Positions 57,489 through 64,000 of a DNA stretch of 64,000 nucleotides are shown in pieces; position 1 is the first letter of the stretch; every line of letters starts with the position of its first letter. The notes beneath the pieces were generated by a model. That model was not told the DNA's origin, searched no databases, and was given only the letters and a program-made list of their open reading frames with translations. The stretch is taken from assembly GCA_002269645.1 (NCBI GenBank), contig NIVC01004001.1, positions 1 to 64,000 on the forward strand, read 5' to 3'. Origin of the DNA: Macrostomum lignano (Eukaryota). The position numbers and the translations under genes were made by a program.

Positions 57489-60400
57489 ATGATTAGTTTT
57501 TTTGTAGTTGGATTTGCCGCACTGTTCATTTTGGCACTTGTCGGGTTTCTTCTGTATGCTTCCCCTGTAAGTGAACTAAACTCATGAATCTAAAAACTAT
57601 TTTTTAATTATGTATTTTAATAAAGGGAAAAATGCATACATGCTCGACCTCTGAAATTAAATTGGCTGTATGACTTGGTTTTTACCATAATGCGACTTAG
57701 TTTGCTTCTGTTGCAACTTGCTTAGTTTTTTACTCTTTGGACTTTGCTTATTGTTTGCCTTATTTGCTTTCCAGTGCCACTTTATTTTTTCCCTCTTCTT
57801 TATTGTTCTTTTCCTTCTAGGCTATTCTTTTTTTTGATACAATAGTCAGTTTTGCAATTGACCCTTGCCCATGAGTTGCCACAATTTATGCCAGCCACAT
57901 TGAAAACTTCTAGGCCATATTGTGGAAGGTTTTCTGTGTACGCTGGACACATTTTTATTGAATTTTCAATTGTACGCCAACAGATTTTAAATGTACGCCA
58001 ACTTAAAAAATGGTAAAAAAATCAACAAATATTTAAATTTAAATTTAAACTTAAACTACAAAAAATTGATAACTTGACATGACAATAGTTGTGACAATTC
58101 CAGTAATTAAAATGATTGGTAAATGAGAAAATAGTAGCAGAAAAAATGGTTTTTGAAATAACTTAACACAGAAAAAGCACAAAAAATTCTTTATATTAAT
58201 TTCTATGCTAGTCGCCATACACCACACTGTATGCCACACTGTACACAGCCAAGAAATGTACACTGGTATACGCCACTTGCCACAGAAATCAAGTGTATGC
58301 TGGAATTTTCCGGCAAACACCCACCATCTGCAAAATGGCTTCTAGGGGGCTTATGCAATATATAATATAACAACATTTACTTTTATAGAGAAGATGTTTA
58401 TAATAAAATTTAGTGTTTTAACTAAGTATATAGCTGAATAATATATTGATAGTTTAAATGAGTGGGTCATAAATGGTAACATTGATTAAACACTTTACAA
58501 AGTATTGTATTCTTTAAGTTTGCCCTTTTTTGAAATAATGCAATAAACAAGGGCTTTTAATCAGGGTGCCTATTACTTAAAAAAACCTAGATAAACTCAG
58601 AATTGCCTAAAATGGGAGAAATATGAACATTAAAAAATAAAAGATTTGAATTAAAAACCTAGAAATCAGTATAAGTTTCTTTAGTAGTTTCTTTGCTAAT
58701 AGAAGTTTTTTCATTCATTTAACCAATTCTAGGGTGCCAAGAAGAAGACAGACATTCCAGGCCCACCTCCTAGCGACAAGCTGTAAGTCCTCCTAAAATA
58801 TCTCAATAATAAATGTGCTTTATTAGTTTAATAGGCCATCTAATATTGGATTAAACACATTCTTCCATTGTATCAGCCTTGGCAATTTGCCAGACATTGG
58901 CAAAGCGGGCAGCCTACACGAGTTCCTATGCGATCTGCACGCTGAGCATGGCCCCCTGGCCGGATTCTACTTCGGCCAGCAGTTTGTGGTGAGCCTGGCC
59001 AGCAGTGAGCTCATGCGACAGACCGTGCGCTTGTTTGACAGGCCGCCTGAGCTGTTTAAACTGTTCGAGCCGCTCATTGGTGAGTGTGGCTGATTATTCG
59101 AGTTTTGGCCTTGGCTTAGGTAGCTTGCTGAGGATAAGGGAGCCTGGCCTCGACACTTTGGACTCATTTTTCTTTTACTGATATAAAAAACTGCTAAGAA
59201 AGTAATGGTAAAATCACATGATTATTGTTTTGAATGCAGCATTGAGAACCGGACATATGTAGGCGTGAGAATTTATCCGCTTCTCCACCGCCAGCCTCCC
59301 AGATCCTCAGTTGCTAGGCCACAACCTCCCAGATCCTCAGTTGCTAGGCCACAGCCTCCCAGATCCTCAGTTGCTAGGCCACAACCTCCCAGATCCTCAG
59401 TTGCTAGGCCACAGTCTCCCAGATCCTCAGCTGCTGGGCCACCGCCACCCTCCCAGATCCTCATTTGCTGGGCCAGCCTCCCAGATCCTCAGTTTCTGGG
59501 CCAGCCTCCCAAAGTGTCAGTTGCTGGGCCAGCCTCCCAGAGTGTCAGTTGCTGGGCCAACCTCCCAGATCCTCAGTTTCTGGGCCAGCCTTCCAGATCC
59601 TCAGTTGCTGGGCCAGCCTCCCAGATCCTCATTTGCTGGGCCAGCCTCCTAGATCCTCAGTTTCTGGGCCAGCCTCCCAGAGTGTCAGTTGCTGGGCCAG
59701 CCTCTCAGAGTGTCAGTTGCTGGGCCAGCCTCTCAGAGTGTCAGTTGCTGGGCCAACCTCCCAGATCCTCAGTTTCTGGGCCAGCCTTCCAGATCCTCAG
59801 CTGCTAGGCCACAACCTCCCAGATCCTCAGCTTCTGGGCCACCGCCACTCTACCAGATCCTCAGTTGTTAGGCCACAACCTCCCAGATCCTCAGTTGCTG
59901 GGCCAGCCTCCCAGATCCTCATTTGCTGGGCCAGCCTCCTAGATCCTCAGTTTCTGGGCCAGCCTCCCAGAGTGTCAGTTGCTGGGCCAGCCTCTCAGAG
60001 TGTCAGTTGCTGGGCCAGCCTCTCAGAGTGTCAGTTGCTGGGCCAACCTCCCAGATCCTCAGTTTCTGGGCCAGCCTTCCAGATCCTCAGCTGCTAGGCC
60101 ACAACCTCCCAGATCCTCAGCTTCTGGGCCACCGCCACTCTACCAGATCCTCAGTTGTTAGGCCACAACCTCCCAGATCCTCAGTTGCTAGGCCACAGCC
60201 TCCCAGATCCTCAGTTGCTAGGCCACAACCTCCCAGATCCTCAGTTGCTAGGCCACAGTTTCCCAGATCCTCAGCTGCTGGGCCACCGCCACCCTCCTAG
60301 ATCCTCAGTTGCTAGGCCACAACCTCCCAGATCCTCAGTTGCTAGGCCACAGTCTCCCAGATCCTCAGCTGCTGGGCCACCGCCACCCTCCCAGATCCTC

Positions 60401-63400
60401 ATTTGCTGGGCCAGCCTCCCAGATCCTCAGTTTCTGGGCCAGCCTCCCAGAGTGTCAGTTGCTGGGCCAGCCTCCCAGAGTGTCAGTTGCTGGGCCAACC
60501 TCCCAGATCCTCAGTTTCTGGGCCAGCCTTCCAGATCCTCAGCTGCTAGGCCACAGCATCCCAAATTCTCAGTTGCTGGGCCACATACCTCCCAGATCCC
60601 CAAATAAATGCCCCTAATTCTCAGGCCCGAAGTCCATCCAATACGCCAACGGGCTGGACGGCCGCACCCGGCGGAACACTTTCGACCGGGCCTTCTCGCA
60701 CGAGGCCGTCGGCCGGACCTTCCCCGTGCTGGACGAGTGCGCAGACGAGCTGATTGAGAAGCTGCGGGCCATGGCCGCCAAGGGCGAGCGAATACCGCTG
60801 TCCCGCTTCTGCATTGGCCTGGCCATCAAAGCGATTCTTCGAGTGACAGTCGAGCCCGACAGCGCCAGCCTGCCCGATGAGCAGGTGGCTGTTTTTGCTG
60901 CTTGTACAGCAAATATGTTTCTGTAATAAAACGCTTTCTAATTTCCTAATTGCTTATTCTTCATCCCAAATCCCATACTCAGGTGGCTCAATTAAAATCC
61001 TGCTACGATCTCGCTTGGAACGAGATGGAGGCGCGTCTGACTCAGGGAGAGCCCGAGGCTGGCGATCATCGCGTCCAGGTGCGCGACTGTTGGGATTCTG
61101 ATCCCGAATACCCAACTCAAATAGGATTCGATTCCAAATATGAAGATCCCAATTCCAAACATGAAGATCCCGATTCCAAATATGAAGATCCCGATTCCAA
61201 ATATGAAGATCCCAATTCCAAACATGAAGATCCCGATTCCAAATATGAAGATCCCAATTCCAAACATGAAGATCCCGATTCCAAATATGAAGATCCCGAT
61301 TCCAAATATGAAGATCCCAATTCCAAACATGAAGATCCCGATTCCAAATATGAAGATCCCAATTCCAAATATGAAGATCTCGAATCCAAACATGAAGATC
61401 CCAATTCCAAACATGAAGATCCCAATTCCAAACATGAAGATCCCAATTCCAAATATGAAGATCCCAATTCCAAACATGAAGATCCCAATTCCAAACATGA
61501 AGATCCCGATTCCAAATATGAAGATCTCGAATCCAAACATGAAGATCCCAATTCCAAACATGAAGATCCCGAATCCAGCTATGAAGAACCCAGATAGAGA
61601 GATCCAAATCCTGAGCTTAAGACTAAAAGCAGGTGTTACATTTAGCCATTGTAATTGAACTCACAACGCCCTACCCGATGCTATCCAGGCATTCAACGAC
61701 GCCCTTTCGCACCTGCACGAATTCGTGGACTCAACCGTACGCCGACGCTCGGCCATGAAGTTCGACTCGGACGTTGACAAGACCTTCGCCGATCTGGCCA
61801 TCGAGCTGCACGCCAAGGACGCGGAGGCTCTCCGATCCGATGTGATCACCTACATGGTTGGCGGGTTCCACACCTCCGGCTACCTGCTGCTCTGGGCCCT
61901 CTACTATGCTATCCAACACCCGAACCTGGCCGACCGGCTCCGGGCCGAGTCCGCTGAGGTCCTCGGCGCCGCCGGAGAGGCCAACATGGCAGCCATCGGG
62001 CAGATGACCTTCCATCGGGCCTTCCTTGACGAAACTATGCGGCTGTCCTGTCTGGCCCCGTTCGCTGCCCGGGTGTCCGACACCGAGGTCGAGGTCGGCG
62101 GCCACACCGTAAGCAGGAAAACCCCACGAGTATTTTTTACAGGGAAACCCCAAGAGCGAGAATCTCTTTTGCAGGGAAATCCCGTCAGGAAAAATCCATT
62201 TCGCAGGGAAATCCCAGATTCCCAGAAAAGAGAATTTTTTGCAGGGAAATCCCAGAAGGAGTATTTTTAGCTGGAATTCCCAAGAGGAAGAATCTCTTGC
62301 AGGGGAATCCCAGGAGGGAGAATCTCTTTTGCAGAGGAATCCCAGGAGAGAATCTATTTTGCAGGGAAATCCAAGAAGGGAAAATCTATTTTGCAGGGAA
62401 ATCCCAGGAGGAAGAATCTATTTCGCTGGGAAATCCCAGAAGGGAGAATCTATTTCGCAGGGATATCCAGAAGGGAGAATCTATTAGGCAGGGAAATTCC
62501 AGAAGTATTTTAGCTGGGAATTCCCAAGAGGGAGAATCTCTTTCGCAGAGGAATCCCAGGAGAGAATCTATTTTGCAGGGAAAACCCAGGGGGAGAATCT
62601 TTTTCGCTGGCAAATCCCAGGCGGGAGAATCTATTTTGCAGGGAAATCCAAGGAGGGAAAATCTATTCAGGGAAATCCCAGAAGGAGTATTTTTAGCTGT
62701 GAATTCCCAAGAGGGAGAATCTCTTGCAGGGGAATCCCAGGAGGGAGAATCTATTAGGCAGGGAAATTCCAGAAGTATTTTTAGCTGGGAATTCCCAAGA
62801 GGGAGAATCTCTTTCGCAGAGGAATCCCAGGAGAGAATCTATTTTGCAGGGAAAACCCAGGAGGGAATCTTTTTCGCTGGCAAATCCCAGGCGGGAGAAT
62901 CTATTTTGCAGGGAAATCCAAGGAGGGAAAATCTATTTGGCAGGGAAATCCCAGCCGGGAGAATCTATTTTGCTGGCAAATCCCAGGAGGGAGAATCTAT
63001 TTCGCAGGGAAATCCCAGGGGGAGAATCTATTTCGCAGGAAATCCCAGGAGGGAGAATCTATTTTGCAGGAAATCCCGGGAAAGAGAATCTATTATGCAG
63101 GAAAATCCCAGGAGAGAATCTATTTTGCAGGGAAATCCCAGGAGAGAATCTATTTTGCAGGGAAATCCCAGGAGAGAATCTATTTTGCAGGGAAATCCCA
63201 GGAAGGAATCTATTTTGCAGGGAAATCCCAGGAGGGAATCTATTTTGCAGGGAAATCCCAGCAGGAGGGAATCTATTTTGCAGGGAAATCCCAGGAGGAA
63301 AAATCTCTGGCAAAGTTGAGAATAGAAATAGTTGGAAAAAGCTCGTAGTAAACCCGAAAAGAAATAATTTTCTCGATTCATAGACCTGAAATGTAAGTCT

Positions 63401-63807
63401 ATCTAACCTAAAGTTCCTAAAGCAGCAATCTAGCAGGAATGACAGAGTAACCCTGATCCCTCATCTCCGAGCACTCTCGCCTGCCCCCTTCGCAGCTGCC
63501 AGCCGGCACCCCGGTGATCCAAGCGCTCGGCGCGGCCGGCATGTGCTCAGAGGCCTACCCTGAGCCGGACGACTTCAACCCGGACAGGTGGACCGGCCAG
63601 CAGCTGTTTGAACCCTTCGGCTTTGGCCGCCGCAAGTGCCCGGGCTACCGGCTGGCCTACGCCGAGACGCCCGCTGTGCTGTCGCGCCTGCTGGCCGCCT
63701 TCCGCTTCCGGCTGGTTGACGAGACCTACACGGCTGTGTCCAGCTTCGGCCTGCTGACTAAGCCCAAGGAGGAGGTCTGGGTGCTGGCCGAGGCGCTGAT
63801 AGACTGA
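57489..63807 (+). CDS. CYP20: Cytochrome P450, CYP20 family, 7 exons, ~472 aa: join(57489-57566, 58733-58782, 58877-59079, 60625-60884, 60983-61078, 61689-62108, 63496-63807)
   Basis: N-terminal TM anchor, IPGPPP hinge, CYP20-typical GNLPDIGKAGSLHEFL..LH..HGP, I-helix GGFHTS, ETMR, PDRW, heme loop FGFGRRKCPG. All introns are GT-AG with consistent phases; total 1419 nt. Confidence 0.9.
59290..60600. repeat. Composite 21-30-bp minisatellite (cctcccagatcctcagttgct core) with a 290-bp higher-order duplication, CYP intron 3
   Basis: Read directly; ORFs at 59689 and 59979 are identical, giving a 290-bp period. Confidence 0.95.
61130..61590. repeat. 21-bp minisatellite ccaaatatgaagatcccaatt, CYP intron 5
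   Basis: About 22 units. Confidence 0.95.
62140..63305. repeat. ~30-bp minisatellite gggaaatcccaggagagaatctattttgca, CYP intron 6
   Basis: Degenerate at the 5' end, more homogeneous towards 63100-63300. Confidence 0.92.
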
Positions 63808-64000
63808 CAGGCAGACAGACAGATGCTATAAGACTGACAGCTTTACATCAGAGGCACCATAGTCATAATCATTAGAAATTTTTTATGGTAAAGTCGAAAA
63901 TTTCAGTAGTTATTGTAGTATGAAAATTGTTTGCTTTATTAGTACTTTAAGTAGTCAGTTAGTTTGTATTTGTTGATAAATGCGTTATACGTTTCCTATA

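Noticed and set aside
59205-63383. Many ORFs in the CYP introns, including read-through of exon 5 into KYEDPNS repeats
   Set aside because: Explained by tandem arrays inside phase-consistent introns; the spliced model gives a complete P450.
7562-63807. Functional HR96-CYP20 linkage (xenosensor plus P450)
   Set aside because: About 48 kb apart with six unrelated genes between; no evidence beyond co-occurrence.

Overview
Eukaryotic (metazoan) genomic DNA: short GC-rich exons with GT-AG introns in an AT-rich background packed with minisatellites. The style fits a free-living flatworm such as Macrostomum lignano; this is an inference and is not proven from the sequence. I could build nine gene models by hand with phase-consistent splice sites, one with an unresolved 5' end. 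They are: an intronless HR96/NR1J-type nuclear receptor (+); two tandem AK2-like adenylate kinases (+); a DH-PH RhoGEF (-) head-to-head with a Tks/p47phox-like PX-SH3-SH3 scaffold (+); a secreted PAN-PAN-LamG-like protein (-); a secreted PAN-fibrinogen (FReD) protein (+); and a 7-exon CYP20-like P450 (+). Mobile DNA comprises a decayed Gypsy pol with a nested RNase H-bearing LINE, a second LINE fragment, a probable solo LTR, MITEs, a tRNA-headed SINE candidate and a 38-bp hAT-like TIR-only element. The most unusual structures are two multi-kb foldback/palindromic units whose arms contain satellites (590-4500, with tRNA-like Pol III heads, and 49307-55415), and gene introns that each hold their own minisatellite. 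The two AK paralogs have non-matching intron positions, and one CYP intron is flanked by a 9-bp direct repeat. No rRNA, bona fide tRNA or CRISPR array was seen. All coordinates and alignments were read by eye; no searches were run.
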